From: Balanoglossus misakiensis
Taxonomy: Eukaryota; Animalia; Hemichordata
DNA length: 64,000 nucleotides
Reading direction: 5' to 3'
Assembly (NCBI GenBank): GCA_040954595.2
Contig: CM082591.2
Span: 919,882-983,881, forward strand
A program made the position numbers and the translations under genes. A model generated the notes under the pieces. That model did not search any database. It was not told where the DNA came from and saw nothing but the letters and a program-made list of their open reading frames with translations. This document shows, in pieces, positions 48,701-61,300 of the stretch (the first letter of the stretch is position 1; each line of letters opens with the position of its first letter).

Positions 48701-51700
48701 CCTGAGCTATAACCCATGATTTTTTCAAAAAATGACCAAATTTCGAAAATTCGCAAAGTCGAAAAATCCTCGATTTTTGAAGATTTTCCTGAGCTATAAC
48801 CCATGATTTTTTCAAAAAATGACCAAATTTCGAAAATTCGCAAAGTCGAAAAATCCTCGATTTTTGAAGATTTTCCTGAGCTATAACCCATGATTTTTTC
48901 AAAAAATGACCAAATTTCGAAAATTCGCAAAGTCGAAAAATCCTCGATTTTTGAAGATTTTCCTGAGCTATAACCCATGATTTTTTCAAAAAATGACCAA
49001 ATTTCGAAAATTCGCAAAGTCGAAAAATCCTCGATTTTTGAAGATTTTCCTGAGCTATAACCCATGATTTTTTCAAAAAATGACCAAATTTCGAAAATTC
49101 GCAAAGTCGAAAAATCCTCGATTTTTGAAGATTTTCCTGAGCTATAACCCATGATTTTTTCAAAAAATGACCAAATTTCGAAAATTCGCAAAGTCGAAAA
49201 ATCCTCGATTTTTGAAGATTTTCCTGAGCTATAACCCATGATTTTTTCAAAAAATGACCAAATTTCGAAAGTTCGCAAAGTCGAAAAATCCTCGAATTTT
49301 GAAGATTTTCCTGAGCTATAACCCATGATTTTTTCAAAAAATGACCAATTTTCGAAAGTTCGCAAAGTCGAAAAATCCTCGATTTTTGAAGATTTTCCTG
49401 AGCTATAACCCATGATTTTTTCAAAAAATGACCAAATTTCGAAAGTTCGCAAAGTCGAAAAATCCTCGATTTTTGAAGATTTTCCTGAGCTATAACCCAT
49501 GATTTTTTCAAAAAATGACCAAATTTCGAAAGTTCGCAAAGTCGAAAAATCCTCGATTTTTGAAGATTTTCCTGAGCTATAGCCCATGATTTTTTCAAAA
49601 AATGACCAAATTTCGAAAATTCGCAAAGTCGAAAAATCCTCGATTTTTGAAGATTTTCCTGAGCTATAACCCATGATTTTTTCAAAAAATGACCAAATTT
49701 CGAAAGTTCGCAAAGTCGAAAAATCCTCGATTTTTGAAGATTTTCCTGAGCTATAGCCCATGATTTTTTCAAAAAATGACCAAATTTCGAAAATTCGCAA
49801 AGTCGAAAAATCCTCGATTTTTGAAGATTTTCATGAGCTATAACCCATGATTTTTTCAAAAAATGACCAAATTTCGAAAATTCGCAAAGTCGAAAAATCG
49901 TCGATTTTTCAACATTTTCCTGAGCTATAACCCATGGTTTTTTCAAAAAATGACCAAATTTCGAAAATTCGCAAAGTCGAAAAATCGTCGATTTTTCAAC
50001 ATTTTCCTGAGCTATAACCCATGGTTTTTTCAAAAAATGACCAAATTTCGAAAATTCGCAAAGTCGAAAAATCGTCGATTTTTCAACATTTTCCTGAGCT
50101 ATAACCCATGATTTTTTCAAAAAATGACCAAATTCCGAAAATTCGCAAAGTCGAAAAATCCTCGATTTTTGAAGATTTTCCTGAGCTATAACCCATGATT
50201 TTTTCAAAAAATGACCAAATTTCGAAAATTCGCAAAGTCGAAAAATCCTCGATTTTTGAAGATTTTCCTGAGCTATAACCCATGATTTTTTCAAAAAATG
50301 ACCAAATTTCGAAAATTCGCAAAGTCGAAAAATCCTCGATTTTTGAAGATTTTCCTGAGCTATAACCCATGATTTTTTCAAAAAATGACCAAATTTCGAA
50401 AATTCGCAAAGTCGAAAAATCCTCGATTTTTGAAGATTTTCCTGAGCTATAACCCATGATTTTTTCAAAAAATGACCAAATTTCGAAAATTCGCAAAGTC
50501 GAAAAATCCTCGATTTTTGAAGATTTTCCTGAGCTATAACCCATGATTTTTTCAAAAAATGACCAAATTTCGAAAATTCGCAAAGTCGAAAAATCCTCGA
50601 TTTTTGAAGATTTTCCTGAGCTATAACCCATGATTTTTTCAAAAAATGACCAAATTTCGAAAATTCGCAAAGTCGAAAAATCCTCGATTTTTGAAGATTT
50701 TCCTGAGCTATAACCCATGATTTTTTCAAAAAATGACCAAATTTCGAAAATTCGCAAAGTCGAAAAATCCTCGATTTTTGAAGATTTTCCTGAGCTATAA
50801 CCCATGATTTTTTCAAAAAATGACCAAATTTCGAAAATTCGCAAAGTCGAAAAATCGTCGATTTTTCAACATTTTCCTGAGCTATAACCCATGGTTTTTT
50901 CAAAAAATGACCAAATTTCGAAAATTCGCAAAGTCGAAAAATCGTCGATTTTTCAACATTTTCCTGAGCTATAACACATGGATTTTTCAAAAAATGACCA
51001 AATTTCGAAAATTCGCAAAGTCGAAAAATCGTCGATTTTTGAAGATTTTCCTGAGCTATAACCCATGATTTTTTCAAAAAATGACCAAATTTCGAAAATT
51101 CGCAAAGTCGAAAAATCGTCGATTTTTCAACATTTTCCTGAGCTATAACCCATGGTTTTTTCAAAAAATGACCAAATTTCGAAAATTCGCAAAGTCGAAA
51201 AATCCTCGATTTTTCAACATTTTCCTGAGCTATAACCCATGATTTTTTCAAAAAATGACCAAATTTCGAAAATTCGCAAAGTCGAAAAATCGTCGATTTT
51301 TCAACATTTTCCTGAGCTATAACCCATGGTTTTTTCAAAAAATGACCAAATTTCGAAAATTCGCAAAGTCGAAAAATCGTCGATTTTTCAACATTTTCCT
51401 GAGCTATAACCCATGGTTTTTTCAAAAAATGACCAAATTTCGAAAATTCGCAAAGTCGAAAAATCGTCGATTTTTCAACATTTTCCTGAGCTATAACCCA
51501 TGGTTTTTTCAAAAAATGACCAAATTTCGAAAATTCGCAAAGTCGAAAAATCGTCGATTTTTGAAGATTTTCCTGAGCTATAACCCATGATTTTTTCAAA
51601 AAATGACCAAATTTCGAAAATTCGCAAAGTCGAAAAATCGTCGATTTTTCAACATTTTCCTGAGCTATAACCCATGGTTTTTTCAAAAAATGACCAAATT

Positions 51701-54700
51701 TCGAAAATTCGCAAAGTCGAAAAATCGTCGATTTTTGAAGATTTTCCTGAGCTATAACCCATGATTTTTTCAAAAAATGACCAAATTTCGAAAATTCGCA
51801 AAGTCGAAAAATCGTCGATTTTTCAACATTTTCCTGAGCTATAACCCATGGTTTTTTCAAAAAATGACCAAATTTCGAAAATTCGCAAAGTCGAAAAATC
51901 GTCGATTTTTCAACATTTTCCTGAGCTATAACCCATGGTTTTTTTCAAAAAATGACCAAATTTCGAAAATTCGCAAAGTCGAAAAATCGTCGATTTTTCA
52001 ACATTTTCCTGAGCTATAACCCATGGTTTTTTCAAAAAATGACCAAATTTCGAAAATTCGCAAAGTCGAAAAATCGTCGATTTTTCAACATTTTCCTGAG
52101 CTATAACCCATGTTTTTTTCAAAAAATGACCAAATTTCGAAAATTCGCAAAGTCGAAAAATCGTCGATTTTTCAACATTTTCCTGAGCTATAACCCATGG
52201 TTTTTTCAAAAAATGACCAAATTTCGAAAATTCGCAAAGTCGAAAAATCGTCGATTTTTCAACATTTTCCTGAGCTATAACCCATGGTTTTTTCAAAAAA
52301 TGACCAAATTTCGAAAATTCGCAAAGTCGAAAAATCCTCGATTTTTGAAGATTTTCCTGAGCTATAACCCATGATTTTTTCAAAAAATGACCAAATTTCG
52401 AAAATTCGCAAAGTCGAAAAATCGTCGATTTTTCAACATTTTCCTGAGCTATAACCCATGATTTTTTCAAAAAATGACCAAATTTCGAAAATTCGCAAAG
52501 TCGAAAAATCCTCGATTTTTGAAGATTTTCCTGATCTATAACCCATGATTTTTTCAAAAAATGACCAAATTTCGAAAATTCGCAAAGTCGAAAAATCCTC
52601 GATTTTTGAAGATTTTCCTGAGCTATAACCCATGATTTTTTCAAAAAATGACCAAATTTCGAAAATTCGCAAAGTCGAAAAATCCTCGATTTTTGAAGAT
52701 TTTCCTGAGCTATAACCCATGATTTTTTCAAAAAATGACCAAATTTCGAAAATTCGCAAAGTCGAAAAATCCTCGATTTTTGAAGATTTTCCTGAGCTAT
52801 AACCCATGATTTTTTCAAAAAATGACCAAATTTCGAAAATTCGCAAAGTCGAAAAATCCTCGATTTTTGAAGATTTTCCTGAGCTATAACCCATGATTTT
52901 TTCAAAAAATGACCAAATTTCGAAAATTCGCAAAGTCGAAAAATCCTCGATTTTTGAAGATTTTCCTGAGCTATAACCCATGATTTTTTCAAAAAATGAC
53001 CAAATTTCGAAAATTCGCAAAGTCGAAAAATCCTCGATTTTTGAAGATTTTCCTGAGCTATAACCCATGATTTTTTCAAAAAATGACCAAATTTCGAAAA
53101 TTCGCAAAGTCGAAAAATCCTCGATTTTTGAAGATTTTCCTGAGCTATAACCCATGATTTTTTCAAAAAATGACCAAATTTCGAAAATTCGCAAAGTCGA
53201 AAAATCCTCGATTTTTGAAGATTTTCCTGAGCTATAACCCATGATTTTTTCAAAAAATGACCAAATTTCGAAAATTCGCAAAGTCGAAAAATCCTCGATT
53301 TTTGAAGATTTTCCTGAGCTATAACCCATGATTTTTTCAAAAAATGACCAAATTTCGAAAATTCGCAAAGTCGAAAAATCCTCGATTTTTGAAGATTTTC
53401 CTGAGCTATAACCCATGATTTTTTCAAAAAATGACCAAATTTCGAAAATTCGCAAAGTCGAAAAATCCTCGATTTTTGAAGATTTTCCTGAGCTATAACC
53501 CATGATTTTTTCAAAAAATGACCAAATTTCGAAAATTCGCAAAGTCGAAAAATCCTCGATTTTTGAAGATTTTCCTGAGCTATAACCCATGATTTTTTCA
53601 AAAAATGACCAAATTTCGAAAATTCGCAAAGTCGAAAAATCCTCGATTTTTGAAGATTTTCCTGAGCTATAACCCATGATTTTTTCAAAAAATGACCAAA
53701 TTTCGAAAATTCGCAAAGTCGAAAAATCCTCGATTTTTGAAGATTTTCCTCAGCTATAACCCATGATTTTTTCAAAAAATGACCAAATTTCGAAAATTCG
53801 CAAAGTCGAAAAATCCTCGATTTTTGAAGATTTTCCTGAGCTATAACCCATGATTTTTTCAAAAAATGACCAAATTTCGAAAATTCGCAAAGTCGAAAAA
53901 TCCTCGATTTTTGAAGATTTTCCTGAGCTATAACCCATGATTTTTTCAAAAGATGACCAAATTTCGAAAATTCGCAAAGTCGAAAAATCCTCGATTTTTG
54001 AAGATTTTCCTGAGCTATAACCCATGATTTTTTCAAAAAATGACCAAATTTCGAAAGTTCGCAAAGTCGAGAAGTCCTCGATTTTTGAAGATTTTCCTGA
54101 GCTATAACCCATGATTTTTTCAAAAAATGACCAAATTTCGAAAGTTCGCAAAGTCGAAAAATCCTCGATTTTTGAAGATTTTCCTGAGCTATAACCCATG
54201 ATTTTTTCAAAAAATGACCAAATTTCGAAAATTCGCAAAGTCGAAAAATCCTCGATTTTTGAAGATTTTCCTGAGCTATAACCCATGATTTTTTCAAAAA
54301 ATGACCAAATTTCGAAAAGTCGCAAAGTCGAAAAATCCTCGATTTTTGAAGATTTTCCTGAGCTATAACCCATGATTTTTTCAAAAAATGACCAAATTTC
54401 GAAAATTCGCAAAGTCGAAAAATCCTCGATTTTTGAAGATTTTCCTGAGCTATAACCCATGATTTTTTCAAAAAATGACCAAATTTCGAAAGTTCGCAAA
54501 GTCGAAAAATCCTCGATTTTGAAGATTTTCCTGAGCTATAACCCATGATTTTTTCAAAAAATGACCAAATTTTCGAAAGTTCGCAAAGTCGAAAAATCCT
54601 CGATTTTTGAAGATTTTCCTGAGCTATAACCCATGATTTTTTCAAAAAATGACCAAATTTCGAAATTTCGCAAAGTCGAAAAATCCTCGATTTTTGAAGA

Positions 54701-55260
54701 TTTTCCTGAGCTATAACCCATGATTTTTTCAAAAAATGACCAAATTTCGAAAGTTCGCAAAGTCGAAAAATCCTCGATTTTTGAAGATTTTCCTGAGCTA
54801 TAACCCATGATTTTTTCAAAAAATGACCAAATTTCGAAAGTTCGCAAAGTCGAAAAATCCTCGATTTTTGAAGATTTTCCTGAGCTATAACCCATGATTT
54901 TTTCAAAAATGACCAATTTTCGAAAGTTCGCAAAGTCGAAAAATCGTCGATTTTTGAAGATTTTCCTGAGCTATAACCCATGATTTTTTCAAAAAATGAC
55001 CAAATTTCGAAAATTCGCAAAATCGAAAAATCCTCGATTTTTGAAGATTTTCCTGAGCTATAACCCATGATTTTTTCAAAAAATGACCAAATTTCGAAAC
55101 TTGGTCATGGGTTTCGCAAAGTCGAAAAATCCTCGATTTTTGAAGATTTTCCTGAGCTATAACCCATGATTTTTTCAAAAAATGACCAAATTTCGAAAAT
55201 TCGCAAAGACGAAAAATCCTCGATTTTTGAAGATTTTCCTGAGCTATAACCCATGATTTT
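30707..55260 (+). repeat. 87-bp satellite DNA array, left arm (~280 monomers)
   Basis: Monomer TGAGCTATAACCCATGATTTTTTCAAAAAATGACCAAATTTCGAAAATTCGCAAAGTCGAAAAATCCTCGATTTTTGAAGATTTTCC repeated head-to-tail, with degenerate copies at 30707-30960. The 29-aa periodicity of the ORF track confirms 87 bp. Confidence 0.98.
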
Positions 55261-55304
55261 AGGAAAACTTCAAAAATCTAGATTTGACTCCAAATTTCGA
55301 AAAC

Positions 55305-58300
55305 TTGGTCATGGGTTATAGCTCAGGAAAATGTTGAAAAATCGACGATTTTTCGACTTTGCGAATTTTCGAAATTTGGTCATTTTTTGAAAAAAACCAT
55401 GGGTTATAGCTCAGGAAAATGTTGAAAAATCGACGATTTTTCGACTTTGCGAATTTTCGAAATTTGGTCATTTTTTGAAAAAATCATGGGTTATAGCTCA
55501 GGAAAATCTTCAAAAATCGAGGATTTTTCGACTTTGCGAATTTTCGAAATTTGGTCATTTTTTGAAAAAACCATGGGTTATAGCTCAGGAAAATGTTGAA
55601 AAATCGACGATTTTTCGACTTTGCGAATTTTCGAAATTTGGTCATTTTTTGAAAAAATCATGGGTTATAGCTCAGGAAAATCTTCAAAAATCGAGGATTT
55701 TTCGACTTTGCGAATTTTCGAAATTTGGTCATTTTTTGAAAAAATCATGGGTTATAGCTCAGGAAAATCTTCAAAAATCGAGGATTTTTCGACTTTGCGA
55801 ATTTTCGAAATTTGGTCATTTTTTGAAAAAATCATGGGTTATAGCTCAGGAAAATCTTCAAAAATCGAGGATTTTTCGACTTTGCGAATTTTCGAAATTT
55901 GGTCATTTTTGAAAAAATCATGGGTTATAGCTCAGGAAAATCTTCAAAAATCGAGGATTTTTCGACTTTGCGAATTTTCGAAATTTGGTCATTTTTTGAA
56001 AAAATCATGGGTTATAGCTCAGGAAAATCTTCAAAAATCGAGGATTTTTCGACTTTGCGAATTTTCGAAATTTGGTCATTTTTTGAAAAAATCATGGGTT
56101 ATAGCTCAGGAAAATCTTCAAAAATCGAGGATTTTTCGACTTTGCGAACTTTCGAAATTTGGTCATTTTTTGAAAAAATCATGGGTTATAGCTCAGGAAA
56201 ATCTTCGAAAATCGAGGATTTTTCGACTTGGCGAACTTTCGAAATTTGGTCATTTTTTGAAAAAATCATGGGTTATAGCTCAGGAAAATCTTCAAAAATC
56301 GAGGATTTTTCGACTTTGCGAATTTTCGAAATTTGGTCATTTTTGAAAAAATCATGGGTTATAGCTCAGGAAAATCTTCAAAAATCGAGGATTTTTCGAC
56401 TTTGCGAATTTTCGAAATTTGGTCATTTTTTGAAAAAATCATGGGTTATAGCTCAGGAAAATCTTCAAAAATCGAGGACTTCTCGACTTTGCGAACTTTC
56501 GAAATTTGGTCATTTTTTGAAAAAATCATGGGTTATAGCTCAGGAAAATCTTCAAAATCGAGGATTTTTCGACTTTGCGAATTTTCGAAATTTGGTCATC
56601 TTTTGAAAAAATCATGGGTTATAGCTCAGGAAAATCTTCAAAAATCGAGGATTTTTCGACTTTGCGAATTTTCGAAATTTGGTTCATCTTTTTGAAAAAA
56701 TCATGGGTTATAGCTGAGGAAAATCTTCAAAAATCGACGATTTTTCGACTTGCGAATTTTCGAAATTTGGTCATTTTTGAAAAAAATCATGGGTTATAGC
56801 TCAGGAAAATCTTCAAAAATCGAGGATTTTTCGACTTTGCGAATTTTCGAAATTTGGTCATTTTTTGAAAAAATCATGGGTTATAGCTCAGGAAAATGGA
56901 AAAGTCTTGCAAAAATCGACGATTTTTCGACTTTGCGAATTTTCGAAATTTGGTCATTTTTTGAAAAAACCATGGGTTATAGCTCAGGAAAATGTTGAAA
57001 AATCGACGATTTTTCGACTTTGCGAATTTTCGAAATTTGGTCATTTTTTGAAAAAACCATGGGTTATAGCTCAGGAAAATGTTGAAAAATCGACGATTTT
57101 TCGACTTTGCGAATTTTCGAAATTTGGTCATTTTTTGAAAAAACCATGGGTTATAGCTCAGGAAAATGTTGAAAAATCGACGATTTTCGACTTTGCGAAT
57201 TTTCGAAATTTGGTCATTTTTTGAAAAAAACCATGGGTTATAGCTCAGGAAAATGTTGAAAAATCGACGATTTTTCGACTTTGCGAATTTTCGAAATTTG
57301 GTCATTTTTTGAAAAAACCATGGGTTATAGCTCAGGAAAATGTTGAAAAATCGACGATTTTTCGACTTTGCGAATTTTCGAAATTTGGTCATTTTTTGAA
57401 AAAACCATGGGTTATAGCTCAGGAAAATGTTGAAAAATCGACGATTTTCGACTTTGCGAATTTTCGAAATTTGGTCATTTTTTGAAAAACCATGGGTTAT
57501 AGCTCAGGAAAATGTTGAAAAATCGACGATTTTTCGACTTTGCGAATTTCGAAATTTGGTCATTTTTGAAAAAACCATGGGTTATAGCTCAGGAAAATGT
57601 TGAAAAATCGACGATTTTTCGACTTTGCGAATTTTCGAAATTTGGTCATTTTTTGAAAAAACCATGGGTTATAGCTCAGGAAAATGTTGAAAAATCGACG
57701 ATTTTTCGACTTTGCGAATTTTCGAAATTTGGTCATTTTTTGAAAAAACCATGGGTTATAGCTCAGGAAAATGTTGAAAAATCGACGATTTTTCGACTTT
57801 GCGATTTTCGAAATTTGGTCATTTTTTGAAAAAACCATGGGTTATAGCTCAGGAAAATGTTGAAAATCGACGATTTTTCGACTTTGCGAATTTTCGAAAT
57901 TTGGTCATTTTTGAAAAAAACATGGGTTATAGCTCAGGAAAATGTTGAAAAATCGACGATTTTTCGACTTTGCGAATTTTCGAAATTTGGTCATTTTTTG
58001 AAAAAACCATGGTTATAGCTCAGGAAAATGTTGAAAATCGACGATTTTTCGACTTTGCGAATTTTCGAAATTTGGTCATTTTTGAAAAAAACCATGGGTT
58101 ATAGCTCAGGAAAATGTTGAAAAATCGACGATTTTTCGACTTTGCGAATTTTCGAAATTTGGTCATTTTTTGAAAAAACCATGGGTTATAGCTCAGGAAA
58201 ATGTTGAAAAATCGACGATTTTTCGACTTTGCGAATTTTCGAAATTTGGTCATTTTTTGAAAAAACCATGGGTTATAGCTCAGGAAAATGTTGAAAAATC

Positions 58301-61300
58301 GACGATTTTTCGACTTTGCGAATTTTCGAAATTTGGTCATTTTTTGAAAAAAACCATGGGTTATAGCTCAGGAAAATGTTGAAAAATCGACGATTTTTCG
58401 ACTTTGCGAATTTTCGAAATTTGGTCATTTTTTGAAAAAACCATGGGTTATAGCTCAGGAAAATGTTGAAAAATCGACGATTTTTCGACTTTGCGAATTT
58501 TCGAAATTTGGTCATTTTTTGAAAAAACCATGGGTTATAGCTCAGGAAAATGTTGAAAAATCGACGATTTTTCGACTTTGCGAATTTTCGAATTTGGTCA
58601 TTTTTTGAAAAAACCCATGGTTATAGCTCAGGAAAATGTGAAAAATCGACGATTTTTCGACTTTGCGAATTTTCGAAATTTGGTCATTTTTTGAAAAACC
58701 AGGGTTATAGCTCAAGGAAAATGTTGAAAAATCGACGATTTTTCGACTTTGCGAATTTTCGAAATTTGGTCATTTTTTGAAAAAACCATGGGTTATAGCT
58801 CAGGAAAATGTTTAAAAATCGACGATTTTTCGACTCTCGGAGATGTGTATCTCTGCTGTCCAATTTTTGAAAAAACCATGGGTTACTAGCTCAGGAAATG
58901 TTGAAAAATCGACGATTTTCATTTTTTGAAAAAACCATGGGTTATAGCTCAGGAAAATGTTGAAAAATCGACGATTTTTCGACTTTGCGAATTTTCGAAA
59001 TTTGGTCATTTTTTGAAAAAACCATGGGTTATAGCTCAGGAAAATGTTGAAAAATCGACGATTTTTCGACTTTGCGAATTTTCGAAATTTGGTCATTTTT
59101 TGAAAAAACCATGGGTTATAGCTCAGGAAAATGTTGAAAAATCGACGATTTTTCGACTTTGCGAATTTTCGAAATTTGGTCATTTTTTGAAAAAACCATG
59201 GGTTATAGCTCAGGAAAATGTTGAAAAATCGACGATTTTTCGACTTTGCGAATTTTCGAAATTTGGTCATTTTTTGAAAAAACCATGGGTTATAGCTCAG
59301 GAAAATGTTGAAAAATCGACGATTTTTCGACTTTGCGAATTTTCGAAATTTGGTCATTTTTTGAAAAAACCATGGGTTATAGCTCAGGAAAATGTTGAAA
59401 AATCGACGATTTTTCGACTTTGCGAATTTTCGAAATTTGGTCATTTTTTGAAAAAACCATGGGTTATAGCTCAGGAAAATGTTGAAAAATCGACGATTTT
59501 TCGACTTTGCGAATTTTCGAAATTTGGTCATTTTTTGAAAAAACCATGGGTTATAGCTCAGGAAAATGTTGAAAAATCGACGATTTTTCGACTTTGCGAA
59601 TTTTCGAAATTTGGTCATTTTTTGAAAAAACCATGGGTTATAGCTCAGGAAAATGTTGAAAAATCGACGATTTTTCGACTTTGCGAATTTTCGAAATTTG
59701 GTCATTTTTTGAAAAAACCATGGGTTATAGCTCAGGAAAATGTTGAAAAATCGACGATTTTTCGACTTTGCGAATTTTCGAAATTTGGTCATTTTTTGAA
59801 AAAAACATGGGTTATAGCTCAGGAAAATGTTGAAAAATCGACGATTTTTCGACTTTGCGAATTTTCGAAATTTGGTCATTTTTTGAAAAAACCATGGGTT
59901 ATAGCTCAGGAAAATGTTGAAAAATCGACGATTTTTCGACTTTGCGAATTTTCGAAATTTGGTCATTTTTTGAAAAAACCATGGGTTATAGCTCAGGAAA
60001 ATGTTGAAAAATCGACGATTTTTCGACTTTGCGAATTTTCGAAATTTGGTCATTTTTTGAAAAAACCATGGGTTATAGCTCAGGAAAATGTTGAAAAATC
60101 GACGATTTTTCGACTTTGCGAATTTTCGAAATTTGGTCATTTTTTGAAAAAACCATGGGTTATTATAGCTCAGGAAAATGTTGAAAAATCGACGATTTTT
60201 CGACTTTGCGAATTTTCGAAATTTGGTCAATTTTTGAAAAAACCATGGGTTATAGCTCAGGAAAATGTTGAAAAATCGACGATTTTTCGACTTTGCGAAT
60301 TTTCGAAATTTGGTCATTTTTTGAAAAAACCATGGGTTATAGCTCAGGAAAATGTTGAAAAATCGACGATTTTTCGACTTTGCGAATTTTCGAAATTTGG
60401 TCATTTTTTGAAAAAACCATGGGTTATAGCTCAGGAAAATGTTGAAAAATCGACGATTTTTCGACTTTGCGAATTTTCGAAATTTGGTCATTTTTTGAAA
60501 AAACCATGGGTTATAGCTCAGGAAAATGTTGAAAAATCGACGATTTTTCGACTTTGCGAATTTTCGAAATTTGGTCATTTTTTGAAAAAACCATGGGTTA
60601 TAGCTCAGGAAAATGTTGAAAAATCGACGATTTTTCGACTTTGCGAATTTTCGAAATTTGGTCATTTTTTGAAAAAACCATGGGTTATAGCTCAGGAAAA
60701 TGTTGAAAAATCGACGATTTTTCGACTTTGCGAATTTTCGAAATTTGGTCATTTTTTGAAAAAACCATGGGTTATAGCTCAGGAAAATGTTGAAAAATCG
60801 ACGATTTTTCGACTTTGCGAATTTTCGAAATTTGGTCATTTTTTGAAAAAACCATGGGTTATAGCTCAGGAAAATGTTGAAAAATCGACGATTTTTCGAC
60901 TTTGCGAATTTTCGAAATTTGGTCATTTTTTGAAAAAACCATGGGTTATAGCTCAGGAAAATGTTGAAAAATCGACGATTTTTCGACTTTGCGAATTTTC
61001 GAAATTTGGTCATTTTTTGAAAAAACCATGGGTTATAGCTCAGGAAAATGTTGAAAAATCGACGATTTTTCGACTTTGCGAATTTTCGAAATTTGGTCAT
61101 TTTTTGAAAAAACCATGGGTTATAGCTCAGGAAAATGTTGAAAAATCGACGATTTTTCGACTTTGCGAATTTTCGAAATTTGGTCATTTTTTGAAAAAAC
61201 CATGGGTTATAGCTCAGGAAAATGTTGAAAAATCGACGATTTTTCGACTTTGCGAATTTTCGAAATTTGGTCATTTTTTGAAAAAACCATGGGTTATAGC

